Source: Trueperaceae bacterium
GTDB taxonomy: Bacteria; Deinococcota; Deinococci; Deinococcales; Trueperaceae
DNA: 64,000 nt
Assembly: GCA_965214405.1 (NCBI GenBank)
Contig: OZ243956.1
Span: forward strand, 3,584,001 to 3,648,000
Direction of reading: 5' to 3'
The position numbers were made by a program, and so were the translations under genes. This document shows, piece after piece, positions 11,355 to 25,043 of the stretch; positions within the stretch are counted from its first letter, which is position 1, and every line of letters begins with the position of its first letter. The notes beneath the pieces were generated by a model. The model saw only the letters and a list, made by a program, of their open reading frames with translations. It did not search any database and was not told where the DNA came from.

Positions 11355-11996
11355 CTAGCGCGCGTCCTCGTGAACGTCCAACACGTCAACGCCGCGTTCT
11401 TTGAGGCGTGACGGGAAGTTCTGCGCGTCCTCGCCGACCACCCGCAGCACCACCTCGCGGCGTTTACCCTGCTGCACCCCGGCGGTCACCGCCGCGACGA
11501 TGTTGGCGGGGGCCGCCGCCTCGGTCACGCGGGCGAGCACGCCGGGCTCGTCGGGCAAACTGACGGTAACGCGCGTGCCTCCCTCGCGCAGCCCCAGCAC
11601 CGCCACAAAGGCGCGCAGCATGTCGGTAATGGTAAAGATACCCACCAACCTCCCGTCCTCGACCACGGGCAGGCCCGAGATTTTACGCTCCTCCATCAGC
11701 AAAGCGGCGCGCTCCACGGGGTCGCTCGGCGCGACGGTCGCGGCGGGCGTGCTCATCACCTCCTTGACGGTGAGTTTGCTCAGCAGGTAGTTGAGTTCGT
11801 AGACCGACAGCGTGGTGGCGCGCGACGGGGTGGCCTCCTTGAGGTCGCGGTCTGTGACAATACCCACGACCTTGTCGCCCTCCAAGACCGGCAGCCGCCG
11901 GTAGCCGCCCGCGCGGAGCATCTGCATCGCCTCCAGCACAGGCGTGCGGCTGGTGACGGTCTGTGGGCTTTTGGTCATCCACTCTTTGACTAACAC
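11355..11996 (-). CDS. CBS-pair plus ACT domain protein (AcuB-like)
   Basis: GIVTDRDLKEATPSRATTLSVYELNYLL, DEPGVLA; GTG 11996 after AAGGAG. Confidence 0.85.
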   Translation of the reverse strand: MLVKEWMTKSPQTVTSRTPVLEAMQMLRAGGYRRLPVLEGDKVVGIVTDRDLKEATPSRATTLSVYELNYLLSKLTVKEVMSTPAATVAPSDPVERAALLMEERKISGLPVVEDGRLVGIFTITDMLRAFVAVLGLREGGTRVTVSLPDEPGVLARVTEAAAPANIVAAVTAGVQQGKRREVVLRVVGEDAQNFPSRLKERGVDVLDVHEDAR

Positions 11997-12170
11997 GTTT
12001 GAAACTCCTTTTGCCTTGTGATTGTCGCCTCGCGCTCGAGTACGAAAGCTTACCTGTAAATGGACAAGACCACAACAACACGCGTTTTTAGCGTAGAGAC
12101 GCCGCGTCAACCATAAAAAATCATAAACATCAGAACATTTGTACAGAGAACGCGGGTACGGTGGTGAATA

Positions 12171-13325
12171 ATGGGCGGTGTGAAAAACGGTGTGAAACGC
12201 ATCTCCATCCTCGGCTCAACGGGCTCCATCGGCACGCAAACCTTGGAGGTGGCCCGCTGGCGTGGCTACCGCGTGGTCGGCTTGGCGGCGGGGCACAACG
12301 CTGAAACGTTGCTCGAGCAGACCCGCGAGTTCCGCCCCGACCTCGTCTCCTGCGACCCGTCGATAGCGTCACAGGTGAGGCCGCACCTGCCGAGCGGCAC
12401 CAGACTGGTGACGGGCTTTGGGGGCAGCGAGGCGGTGGCGCGGCTTTCTGCTGATGTCATTGTGGCCGCCATTCCCGGCATCGCGGGGCTCAAACCCACC
12501 GTCGCGGCCCTCAAAAGCGGCGCGCGCGTCGCGCTGGCGCACAAGGAGGCGATGGTCACCGCGGGGCCGCTCGTCTGGGAGGTGGCGCGGGCGCACGGCA
12601 CCGAGATTACCCCGGTGGACTCGGAACACTCCGCGCTCTTCCAGTGCCTTTTGGGCGAGGACCGGGGCACCGTCGAGACGCTCGTGTTGACCGCGTCGGG
12701 CGGACCTTTTCTGCGCGGCCCCGAAGATTTGAGCCGTGTCACGCCCGAAGATGCGCTCAAACACCCCAACTGGTCGATGGGAAGCCGCATCACGGTGGAC
12801 TCGGCGACGCTTTTTAACAAAGGGCTCGAGGTGTTAGAGGCGCATTTTCTTTTCGAGATGCCCTTGGAACGTATCGAGGTCGTCGTCCACCCGCAGTCCT
12901 TGATTCACGGCTTGGTGCGCTACCGAGACGGCAGCATCAAGGCGCAACTCGGCCCCCACGACATGCGGCCCATCATCCAGTACGGGATCGAATATCCCCA
13001 CAGACCCAAAACGCCCTTAAAGCCCCTGCCCCTTTGCGGCACCTGGGAACTGCTCGAGCCCGACCACGCCCGTTTCCCCGCTCTAAAGCTCGCCTACGAG
13101 GCGGGTAAAAAGGGAGGTGTTGCACCAGCCGCGCTCAACGCTGCGGATGAGGTGGCGGTTGAGGCGTTTTTAGCGGGAAAGATAGGATTTACGGATATCC
13201 CTAAGGTCTTAGAGCATGTGCTTACCCGAGCACCTTCGGCAGAGCTCTCCTGGGGAGCGATTGAGGAGGCGGACAGGGAGGCTCGAGGGGTCGCGCGGGC
13301 GTGGATAAAGAGGCGTTCTGCGTAG
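12171..13325 (+). CDS. dxr: 1-deoxy-D-xylulose-5-phosphate reductoisomerase
   Basis: [36 protein letters not shown]; exact start uncertain. Confidence 0.96.
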   Translation: MGGVKNGVKRISILGSTGSIGTQTLEVARWRGYRVVGLAAGHNAETLLEQTREFRPDLVSCDPSIASQVRPHLPSGTRLVTGFGGSEAVARLSADVIVAAIPGIAGLKPTVAALKSGARVALAHKEAMVTAGPLVWEVARAHGTEITPVDSEHSALFQCLLGEDRGTVETLVLTASGGPFLRGPEDLSRVTPEDALKHPNWSMGSRITVDSATLFNKGLEVLEAHFLFEMPLERIEVVVHPQSLIHGLVRYRDGSIKAQLGPHDMRPIIQYGIEYPHRPKTPLKPLPLCGTWELLEPDHARFPALKLAYEAGKKGGVAPAALNAADEVAVEAFLAGKIGFTDIPKVLEHVLTRAPSAELSWGAIEEADREARGVARAWIKRRSA

Positions 13326-13380
13326 GGAAAAGGCGGGAGTGCGAACAGACCTCATCCCTTTTCCGGCGTAGGCTTAAAGC

Positions 13381-14532
13381 ATGTTCAACCTCTCCTACCG
13401 CCTGCCCGTCAAGCTGCTCGGCATCCCCGTCAAGCTCGACGCGTCGTTTCTGCTCGTCCTGGCCTTTTTTACCTGGGTCATCGGCGGCCAGGTTGACACG
13501 TACATCGCGCTCCTCAACCTGCCCGTGAACCCCAACACGCTGACCAGGGGCGCGACGCCCTACCTGCTCGGTTTACTCTCGGGGCTGGGGCTGCTGCTGT
13601 GCGTGCTCGTTCACGAACTCGGTCACGCCTTGGCTGCGCGCCGCTACGGCGTCGAGGTCCAAGAAATCACGCTCTGGCTCCTCGGCGGCGTCGCGCAGTT
13701 TAACGAGATGCCGCGCCAGCGGGGTGCCGAGGCGGTGGTGGGCATCGCGGGACCCGTTACCAGCGTGGGGCTGTCGGGGCTTTTTTACGCGCTGTGGCAA
13801 GTCACGCCTAACGCGGCGGGGGCGGCGCAGTTTATTTTCTCCTACCTCACCTGGGCGAACTTGTTGCTGGCTATCTTCAACCTCCTGCCCGCGCTGCCCC
13901 TAGACGGCGGGCGGGTGCTGCGCTCTCTTCTGGCGCTGCGCATGGGCCAGCTCAAAGCCACGCGCATCTCGGCCAATATAAGCCGGGTCATCGCCATTCT
14001 GTTGGGGTTGTACGGCTTAGTCACCTTCAACTTCATTCTCGTGCTTATCGCCTTTTTCGTCTACAACGCGGTGCGCGCCGAGACGCAGTACGCGGTGGTG
14101 TCGAAAACCTTGAAGGGCATATCCGTACGCGACATCATGACGCAGAACGTGGCGAGCGTGACCCCGGACATGCGGGTGTCAGATTTAGTTCGGCTCATCG
14201 CGTTCAAAAAGCATCTGGGCTATCCCGTGGTGGACGACGAGGACCGTCTGGTCGGCTTGGTCAAGTTGCAAGAAGCCAGAGACGCCGATGACGACCAGCG
14301 CATCGAGGAGATTATGACGCGCGAGGTCTATACGGTCACGCCGGGGACGGAAGCGCTCGAGGCCCTCCGCACCATCTCCGACTCCCCCACCGGGCGGCTC
14401 GTGGTGGTGGACGGTACAGCAGAGGGGGCGCGCCGCGTCGTCGGCATCCTCTCCAAAACCGACCTCATCCGCGCGGTAAAGACGCACATGGCGGATGACG
14501 AGAACGTGAGGCTGCCGGATGTTACGCGGTAG
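13381..14532 (+). CDS. Site-2 protease (M50) with tandem CBS domains
   Basis: HELGH, AGP, FNLLPALPLDGG and C-terminal CBS pair. Confidence 0.92.
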   Translation: MFNLSYRLPVKLLGIPVKLDASFLLVLAFFTWVIGGQVDTYIALLNLPVNPNTLTRGATPYLLGLLSGLGLLLCVLVHELGHALAARRYGVEVQEITLWLLGGVAQFNEMPRQRGAEAVVGIAGPVTSVGLSGLFYALWQVTPNAAGAAQFIFSYLTWANLLLAIFNLLPALPLDGGRVLRSLLALRMGQLKATRISANISRVIAILLGLYGLVTFNFILVLIAFFVYNAVRAETQYAVVSKTLKGISVRDIMTQNVASVTPDMRVSDLVRLIAFKKHLGYPVVDDEDRLVGLVKLQEARDADDDQRIEEIMTREVYTVTPGTEALEALRTISDSPTGRLVVVDGTAEGARRVVGILSKTDLIRAVKTHMADDENVRLPDVTR

Positions 14533-14599
14533 GATTACAGGGTTGCCAAAACTGAAATTTCTCACGCGTTGAACTCTGCAACTTTGCTAACTTTGCAGA

Positions 14600-14746
14600 A
14601 TGAGACGCATATTAATTTTTGCCGTTATTGCCACACTCACATCGTGTTTACCTGCTGCTGGACCTGGCAGCTCTTTTGAACCTTATGATCTTAGGGAACA
14701 TACTATCATCCGTGCTGAAGCAGGTTCAACCGTTTGCGCCTTTGCG
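14600..14746 (+). pseudogene. 5' fragment of a lipoprotein gene truncated by the IS
   Basis: MRRILIFAVIATLTSC (lipobox LTSC) reads directly into the IS left end. Confidence 0.55.
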
Positions 14747-16105
14747 GGGTGCAACCCCAAATAGGCGGATAGAAAAAGGGGCGTAGCAGCGGTAGAATGG
14801 CGGATGAAAACGAGCCAGACAGGTGATTGGAAAGAACGGGCGAAGGAAGCGTTTGGCAGGTACTTAGAAGCTTTGGAACGAGACCTACCCGAAGATGCGG
14901 GTGTAGCCGAGGTTGAGACGGCGATGCTGGCGCATTATCAAGCGATGATGAGTGAGACTATGCAAGCTCTGGCAGATAGCCGGAGCTTTTCCCCCCGAGC
15001 ACAAAAGAGAAGTACCTGAAGGCTATTGGGGTAACGGCAAACGTCGCTGCGCGGTTAAGCACTTGTGGGGCCGGGTCTATGTCGAGGTACAAAGGCTGGT
15101 TGATAGAGAGGGTCGAGCCAAACAAGCTATCCTCGATAGACGCTTAGACCATTCGGGCTGGACGCCCAAAGCCTTAGCTTGCCTGACCGACTTAGCAGCG
15201 CGCGTGCCCTTAGAAGAAGGCGCTTACATCGCGCGCAACTTCGGCCTGAGGATTAGCTCGTCAGAATTAGACCGCTTGCAACGCCCCTACGCTGAGGCGT
15301 GTCGAGCCGAGGTGGCAGACAGACTGTTGTCTTGTTCAGAGCCTGAAGCGGCACGCCGACAAGGACGCGTCATGGTGTTGCAAATGGACGGCGTCTACGT
15401 CTTAGGGCAACCTGAACAGGGGCTATGTCCTGGCCTGGAACTCAAAACAGCCGTACTTTATCCGCAAGCCGCTCCGAGTCAGCGCTGGATGTTGGCCGAA
15501 CGCTGCTGTGCCGAAGACTTTGTCACGCTCGTGGCGGGTTTACTCAACGAAGCCGGAGTCACCCCCGCGGATACGCTGCTCGGTTTGGGTGATGGAGCCG
15601 TTTGGATTGACAACATCTTTTGTCATCTCGACGCCGTAAGAATCACCGACGTCTACCACGCCACTCAGTACCTCGACACCATCATGCAAGCACTGGCTTG
15701 GGATGAAGACCTAAGAACGCGCCACCGCTGTGACTGGTATCGGGGTCAGCTCAACGCCCGTGACTGGCTCGCTCACCACCTTCCTAAACCCGAGGTCTGG
15801 CTCACCTGGGATGACAAAGCGCAAACTGCTCTAAAGTATCTTGAAACCCGGCTTGACAGTATGGATTATGCTCGGTTCACAGAAAAAGGCTATCCCATCG
15901 GTTCAGGGCAAATCGAAGGGATGAACAAAGCCGTTATCGGAAACCGTATGAAAAGAAGCGGGATGCACTGGTCCAAACAAGGTGCTGCCAGTATGGCCTC
16001 TTTGCGTGCCCAGACCTGTGCCAAACATTCCCTCATTGACTTTGGGCAGCTCAGGCACCTCGCTTACCCTGCCCCGGCTTAATCCGACACTAGCGGGCTG
16101 CACCC
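14747..16105 (+). mobile_element. ISKra4/ISLre2-like (Mutator-like DDE) insertion sequence, copy 1, 1359 bp
   Basis: Imperfect IRs GGGTGCAACCCCAAATAGGCGGAT / GGGTGCAGCCCGCTAGTGTCGGAT (17/24 match); no flanking direct repeat. Confidence 0.88.
14804..16082 (+). CDS. Transposase, orfA 14804-15019 joined to orfB by a +1 shift at TTT-TCC-CCC (14987-14995)
   Basis: MDG, LGDGAVWI, DVYHA, GYPIGSGQIEG...RMKRSGMHW. Confidence 0.85.
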
Positions 16106-16534
16106 CTAGAGGTGAAACACAGCTTCTTTGAAAGTGAGGCCGGAGCTTACACGCTAAACGTACAAGCCGCATCACCGCCCGACAGCCGCTTTGAACCCAA
16201 CGACAATTTTGAGCAGGCCAGCCCCATCACGCTTCCCTTCTCCGGCTCCTTGTTTATGGGCCGGGGCGACGAAGACTGGTTCATTTTTGTTGCAGACCGC
16301 GCGGGGAAGCTTGACATAGGCACCCTTTACAAAAGCACTGGCGGAGATTACCCAGCGGATTTGAGCCTCTTCGACGGTTCACGCAACCTCATTGCCAGTG
16401 CGGAGAATAATGCGCGACTTTCGGCAACTATTCAACCAGGGACGTACTACCTCAAGCGGGTTGACCCACAGTTGGTGTCTTCCGGGTTCGGGGTGGGGTT
16501 CGAGTATTCTATGCAAATTAAGCTCTCGCCCTAG
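16106..16534 (+). pseudogene. 3' fragment of a PPC (pre-peptidase C-terminal)-like domain protein
   Basis: FEPNDNFEQA...GDEDWF...DLSLFD...PGTYYL; begins abruptly at the IS right end with no signal peptide. Confidence 0.6.
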
Positions 16535-16756
16535 CGCTTAGTTCCTGGCGAGGCTTAATAGTGCAACAGCCCGAACTCCGGATAGTTGAGCCGCGCACTG
16601 CTCCGCAACTTGGTGCGGCTGTCTCCCACTTTGAAAAACTCAAGATCGAAGGGGTGTATATAGCCAAAGCTCCTCTACTCCCCGTCTCCCTAACCGAACC
16701 CTCTGCCATAAACTCCCACAACGCACCTCACCCTCACCCCCACGTTACACTGGCGC

Positions 16757-17959
16757 ATGGCGCTCACCTCCTCCCCCAAACGCAAACGCGTCGTTCTCAC
16801 CGGGCTCGGCCTGTCGGCCTTTTTGACCTTTACCCACGGGACGAACGACGCGTTCACGAGTATGCTCGCGGCGCTCCTGCCCACCTTGCAGGAGCGCTTT
16901 TTGCTCTCCGAAACGGCGCTGGCGCTGCTCGTCGCCACACTCTCGTTCGGGTCGTCGGTCACGCAGCCCCTCTTTGGGGCGCTCTCGGACCGGCTGGGGC
17001 GGCGCTTGCTGGGGGGCTTGGGAATTATTCTCTCCTCGTCGCTCTTGAGTCTCATGGGCGTCGCGCCGTCGGTGTATCTTCTTTTTGGGTTGCTTCTGGT
17101 CGGTGGCCTCGGCGCGGCGGCCTTTCACCCCTCGGCAACGAGCATGGTGCGGGCCGCCGCGGGGGGTAAAAAGGGGCTGGCGGTGGGCATTTTTAGCGCG
17201 GGGGGGACGGTGGGAATGGCCTTAGGGCCGCTCGTCATCGGCGCGTTGATTGTGAATGACCTCCTGCCCTTTTCGCCGTGGCTCATGGTGCCGGGGGTGC
17301 TGTTGGGCGTGCTGATGATGCTGCTCGTTCCCAAGCAAGAACGCGCGCCAAAAAGGTCACGGCCCAAACTTTTCGACATCGACCTCTTTCGCGGCCCCGT
17401 GGGGGTGCTCTGTCTCTCGGGCGTGCTGCGCAGCCTCTCCTACGTCACCTTCGTCAACGCCATTTCGCTCTGGCTCGTCAACGTCAGAGGGCTGGACCGT
17501 GAGGACCCGACGCTCTTTTGGACGCTCACGGTATTTAATTCTGCGGCGGGTCTGGGCGGCATCCTGGCGGGGGCGCTGAGCGTGCGTATGGGTCGGCGAG
17601 GCCTCACCGTCGGCGCGATGCTCTTGGCGGTGCCGCTGCTTTTCCTTATCTTTTGGCTGCCCGCGCCTTCTGTGTTCTTTTTCGTGGCGGTGGCGCTCGC
17701 GGGCGCGCTCACCAACGCGCCCGTGCCGCTTCTTATTGTGAGCGCGCAGGATTTGGCCCCTCACGCGGTGGCGACCGCGACGGGGATGCTCATGGGGCTC
17801 ACCTGGGGCAGCGCCGGGGTACTCTACATTTTTATCGGACGCTTGCAAGAAACGCTCGGCATCACTGCGGCGATGAGTCTCAGTTATTTCTTTCTAATTC
17901 CGGCGGCGGCGCTGGCTTTTTACGTAATGTCCAAAAACCGGCACGCGCTGACTGAATGA
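16757..17959 (+). CDS. MFS transporter (Fsr-like)
   Basis: QPLFGALSDRLGRR motif A, AAFHP, about 12 hydrophobic segments. Confidence 0.9.
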   Translation: MALTSSPKRKRVVLTGLGLSAFLTFTHGTNDAFTSMLAALLPTLQERFLLSETALALLVATLSFGSSVTQPLFGALSDRLGRRLLGGLGIILSSSLLSLMGVAPSVYLLFGLLLVGGLGAAAFHPSATSMVRAAAGGKKGLAVGIFSAGGTVGMALGPLVIGALIVNDLLPFSPWLMVPGVLLGVLMMLLVPKQERAPKRSRPKLFDIDLFRGPVGVLCLSGVLRSLSYVTFVNAISLWLVNVRGLDREDPTLFWTLTVFNSAAGLGGILAGALSVRMGRRGLTVGAMLLAVPLLFLIFWLPAPSVFFFVAVALAGALTNAPVPLLIVSAQDLAPHAVATATGMLMGLTWGSAGVLYIFIGRLQETLGITAAMSLSYFFLIPAAALAFYVMSKNRHALTE

Positions 17960-17992
17960 GCGAGCTGATACCGGACGCGGTAGGCTGACCGG

Positions 17993-18295
17993 ATGAGGCT
18001 GTTACAAGAGAGAGTTCAGACGTTTGTAGACCAGCACGCTTTGCAAACCTTCCTCGAGCTGAGGCTTCTCGACCTCGCCTCGGAGGTGGGCGAGCTTGCT
18101 AAAGAAGTGCTCATTGCTTCCGACTACGGAAAAAGGGACTTCTCTACCTCTGACGCCTTTCAAGACGAACTGGGTGACGTATTTTTCTCGCTCATCTGCG
18201 TGGCTAACGAAGCGGGTGTTGAGATGGAGGGGGCGCTCGAGCACGTCCTAAACAAGTACACCCGACGTTTTGTGGAGGGTCTCGAGGAAACGTAA
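17993..18295 (+). CDS. MazG-like nucleotide pyrophosphohydrolase
   Basis: LASEVGELAKE...DELGDVFF..L..AN. Confidence 0.85.
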   Translation: MRLLQERVQTFVDQHALQTFLELRLLDLASEVGELAKEVLIASDYGKRDFSTSDAFQDELGDVFFSLICVANEAGVEMEGALEHVLNKYTRRFVEGLEET

Positions 18296-18396
18296 GAAGA
18301 TCCAAGCGTATGAGCCCGAACCAAAACGAGAGTCTTATCTCCTAAATCTAGCCGTGCATCTGTGTAAGCCGAGTAGTGCTACGTGAAGCTTGTCCT

Positions 18397-18620
18397 CTAA
18401 AGCCACCCCGCCACCGTCTGAAAAAGCAAATACGCGTTGAGCACCACGATCATCCCGGTGACGGTCCAGGCGAGCACCACGAGCCAGGTTTGGTTGACGA
18501 AGCGGCCCATCTTGGCCCGGCTGCTTGTAAACATGACCAGGGGCACCACCGCAAAGGAAAGCTGTAAGGAGAGAATCACCTAACTGAGGATGAGCAGGTC
18601 GTTGGCCCCTCGAGACCAGC
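18397..18620 (-). pseudogene. mntH: C-terminal remnant of Nramp/MntH manganese transporter
   Basis: NDLLILS*VILSLQLSFAVVPLVMFTSSRAKMGRFVN; TAG stands where the family has Gln; upstream part missing. Confidence 0.8.
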
Positions 18621-18870
18621 AAGAGGAATAAAAGATGACGTAAGGTCAGAAAAACCTCACCCCCTTCTGTACATACACCTCTCGACAGCGGCTCGTACGG
18701 GCGCTACGATTCCAAGCGTTAGAACGCTAAGTATAAGGTGAAAGGAAGGCGCGTCGTCTCCCAGGCGCTTTCGAGTTTCCGCACGCTCTTTGGGAGCAGT
18801 ATCGCTTACACTTGTACGACGATGACGCCTCAACACCGGTCTGCTATGACACCATGACAAGCTGCGCCTT

Positions 18871-19764
18871 GTGACCAAACGTCTTATCGTCAACGCCGAC
18901 GACTTAGGACTCTCGCCGGGGGTCAACCGGGGCATCGTCGAGGCGCACCGCTGCGGCGTCGTCACCTCGACGACCGCGATGGTCAACATGCCGAGCGTGG
19001 GGGCGGGCCTCCGCCTCGTTAAGACCGAAGCGCCCGCCTTGGGGTTGGGGCTGCACCTTAACCTGAGTTTCGGGCGGCCCCTGCTGCCTCCCGAGGAGGT
19101 GCCGAGCCTGGTCAGGGCCGACGGGCGCTTCTTGAGCGTCTCGAGGGGGCTCGCCTCGACGCGCCGCTGGAGACCCAGCGAGGTGCGGGCCGAATTGACC
19201 GCCCAGTTTGAACGCTTTGTCGAACTTACCGAAACCCTGCCCGACCACCTCGACTCGCACCAGCTCGTCGGTTCGCTCTCGGCGGTCTGCCGCGAGGTCA
19301 TGCTCGACTTGGCCGACGCCCACAGCCTGCCCGTGCGCCGGGGGGGGCGGGCGGTGTTCCGGCTGCTCGAGCAGGAGGTCGCGCGTCGCCTTTTTCTCAC
19401 GGGACCCTGGGCACCCCCGCTCCTGGGGCCTTTCCCGTGGCGGCGCTTCGACCACGTTTACGACCGGTTGCCTCGAGAAACCGACCACTTCGAGATGGGC
19501 TTTTTCGGCCCCCTCGCCACGGTCGAGACGCTACTACGCATCCTCGACACGCTGCCCGACGGGGTCACCGAACTCGTGTGTCACCCCGGTTATCTGGACG
19601 CGGACGCGGACGGCTACGGGCGGCGCGAAACCGAACTCGCCGCGCTGACCGACCCGCGCGTTCGGCGCAAAGTCGAGACGGCGGGCGTCGAACTCACTAC
19701 CTTTGGCGCGCTTCTTTCGTCAAGTTCTCTATCCGCTCGAGGGCCACAGGACTTTCCGCAGTGA
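18871..19764 (+). CDS. ChbG/YdjC/HpnK family deacetylase
   Basis: LIVNADDLG, GLHLNL, HLDSHQ, ELVCHPG. Confidence 0.88.
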   Translation: MTKRLIVNADDLGLSPGVNRGIVEAHRCGVVTSTTAMVNMPSVGAGLRLVKTEAPALGLGLHLNLSFGRPLLPPEEVPSLVRADGRFLSVSRGLASTRRWRPSEVRAELTAQFERFVELTETLPDHLDSHQLVGSLSAVCREVMLDLADAHSLPVRRGGRAVFRLLEQEVARRLFLTGPWAPPLLGPFPWRRFDHVYDRLPRETDHFEMGFFGPLATVETLLRILDTLPDGVTELVCHPGYLDADADGYGRRETELAALTDPRVRRKVETAGVELTTFGALLSSSSLSARGPQDFPQ

Positions 19765-19935
19765 TTTGGCGGTCCAACACCCGCTCCGCCGTAAGTTCGG
19801 GCGCACGTTCAGGCTGTTTGCCGGTGCGCACCTCTGCAGGCGGCCCATCACGAGTTGCCCCCTCACATCACTGACGGAGCCGCCTAAATTCAGGGGGATA
19901 TGCCCGGATTCCCTTTGTCTGTTCAGGTCTGTTCA

Positions 19936-21312
19936 GGGTGCAACATTTCCTACGGGGATAAAGCAGCAAGGGAAAAGGCGTTGAAGCGTAAGGTGTCAAA
20001 GTCAATGAGCGGATGCTTGGCACAAGTTTGGGCTCTTAAGGAGGCCATGCCAGCGGCGCCCGTTTCAGACCAACGCATACCGCTTCTTTTCAGGCGGTTT
20101 CCGATAACGCTTTTGTTCATCCCTTCAACTTGACCGGAGCCGATGGGGTAGCCTTCGGCTTTGTAAAGGGGGTAGTCCATAGAGTCGAGGCGTTTCTCAA
20201 GGTAGTGAAGAGCTGTGACGGCCTTCTCGCTCCAGGTGAGCCAGCATTCAGGGCTGGGTAGATGCTGTTTAAGCCAGTCCCGAGCGGAGATATCAGCCCT
20301 GTACCAGTCTCGCCTGTGAGAAGCGCGCGTTTGTTCATCCCAGTCCATAGCTTGCATGACAAGGTCGAGATACTCAGCGGCGTGATAAACATCGGTAATT
20401 CTCAGCGCGCCTAAGTAGCTAAAGATGGTGTCAATCCAAGCTGCGCCGTCGCCTAAGCCGATAAGGGTGTCTTGGGGCGTGAGCTTGGCTTCCGTAAGTA
20501 GACCGGCCAGCAGGGGTAAGAACGCCTCTGCCGAACATCTGTCGGCTAGCATCCACCTCTCGCCGGGGCTGTTTTGTGGATAAAGCACGGCTGACTTTAT
20601 CTCTAGGCCGGGGCAACAACCCGCTTCAGGCTGAGCCAACACGTACACGCCGTCAACCTGCAAAACCATCACGCGGCCTGCCGACTTCATTGACTGGGGT
20701 CGGGTTTCCTCGCACACCTTGTCCGTTTTGCCCTCTGCGCCTTGAAGCCGCTTCAACACCTCGCTTTGGCAGCTCTCGGCACAAGCCGCGCTCATGTCGT
20801 TGAGCAAGAAACGACTGGCGTCAAGACCGAAGCACTGTGCCACAGCCGCGGCCTCTTCATAGGGTAAGCGTGTGCCCAAGTCAACCAGACGCACCAAAGC
20901 TTCAGGACTCCAGCCTGATTCGTCCAACGCCGCATCGAGATAGATTTGCCGCTGCTTACCGGCTTTAGTTTTCAGACGTTGAACTAAAACTTCGACTCGG
21001 CCCCAGCTTGTACTGACATAACTCCAACCGACGCCGTTGCGCCAGTAGCCTTTAGGTACTTCTTTCTTCTCCGGGGGAAAAATCTTTAGAAGCCGCCAAA
21101 CCTTCTAAGGTACTCCGCATGATCTCGGGCGAAAACTTCATTACCGCCCTTTCCATATCCGCAAAGTTGGCGTTCGGCGGCAGGGTCGCCTTTATGTCCT
21201 CGATATACCTCTCGAATGCCGCCCTTGCTTTCTCTTCCCAGCCTGGCTTGTCCATGCGCCAGTTTACTTCCCCTATAGCTCCTTTTCTATCCCCTTTAGC
21301 AATGTTGCACCC
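19936..21312 (-). mobile_element. ISKra4/ISLre2-like insertion sequence, copy 2, 1377 bp
   Basis: IRs GGGTGCAACATTTCCTACGGGGATA / GGGTGCAACATTGCTAAAGGGGATA (21/25 match); no adjacent direct repeat. Confidence 0.9.
19950..21255 (-). CDS. Transposase, orfA 21255-21052 joined to orfB by a +1 shift at TTT-TCC-CCC (21081-21073)
   Basis: VDG, LGDGAAWI, DVYHA, GYPIGSGQVEG; clearly homologous to copy 1 but diverged. Confidence 0.85.
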
Positions 21313-21336
21313 GATTAAACGTCTGTTCATGGGGGG

Positions 21337-21366
21337 TTGACATACCCCGAGGAAAAGAGTTACACT
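21337..21366 (+). promoter_or_regulatory. Sigma70-type promoter of the 23S-5S operon
   Basis: TTGACA (21337-21342), 18-nt spacer, TACACT (21361-21366). Confidence 0.7.
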
Positions 21367-21556
21367 TCTTTTTGCCGCCCAAAAAGGCGGCGAGCACAAT
21401 GACAGGCGAATAGAAGTGATGAAGCATCCAAACGCGAGTCTCGTTTTATTACGAGAAAACGCGTGTCTGAATAGCTTTTACTGATTCAGTGGTGTTCTTA
21501 GGGACACTGCTTGAGATAGGGGTACACCATAAGCAATTATGGATGATACCCATAAA

Positions 21557-24481
<2,925 letters not shown>

Positions 24482-24540
24482 TTTGGACTCATACGAACGT
24501 TCAGACGCTTTATCACTTCTATTCACTGTCTTATTTTTTC

Positions 24541-24658
<118 letters not shown>

Positions 24659-24752
24659 GTTTATTTTGATTGAGGTGGGGTATCATCTTTCGGGTGATAC
24701 CTCTTCTTTATGGCCTGTGGTATTATATTTGTTGAGAGATGATACCTCTCCC

Positions 24753-24828
<76 letters not shown>

Positions 24829-24834
24829 AACCAT

Positions 24835-24871
24835 AATAGAAACTCCATCGAATGTGGAGTTTCTATTTTTT
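24835..24871 (+). terminator. Intrinsic terminator of the rRNA operon
   Basis: AATAGAAACTCCA / TGGAGTTTCTATT stem followed by a T run. Confidence 0.8.
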
Positions 24872-25043
24872 GTGCGTCTACAATTACCCGTACTGAATTT
24901 GCACATAAAGCCCATAAAAAGCCGTGAATATGCTCCGGGCTGAGATTTGTTGTTGACATCGTTGAACGCTACGTTTTTCACCTACAACAACTATGTCATT
25001 TTACTGTCAGCTTCTGAAAAGTTCTGCTATGGTGTTTTTACAT

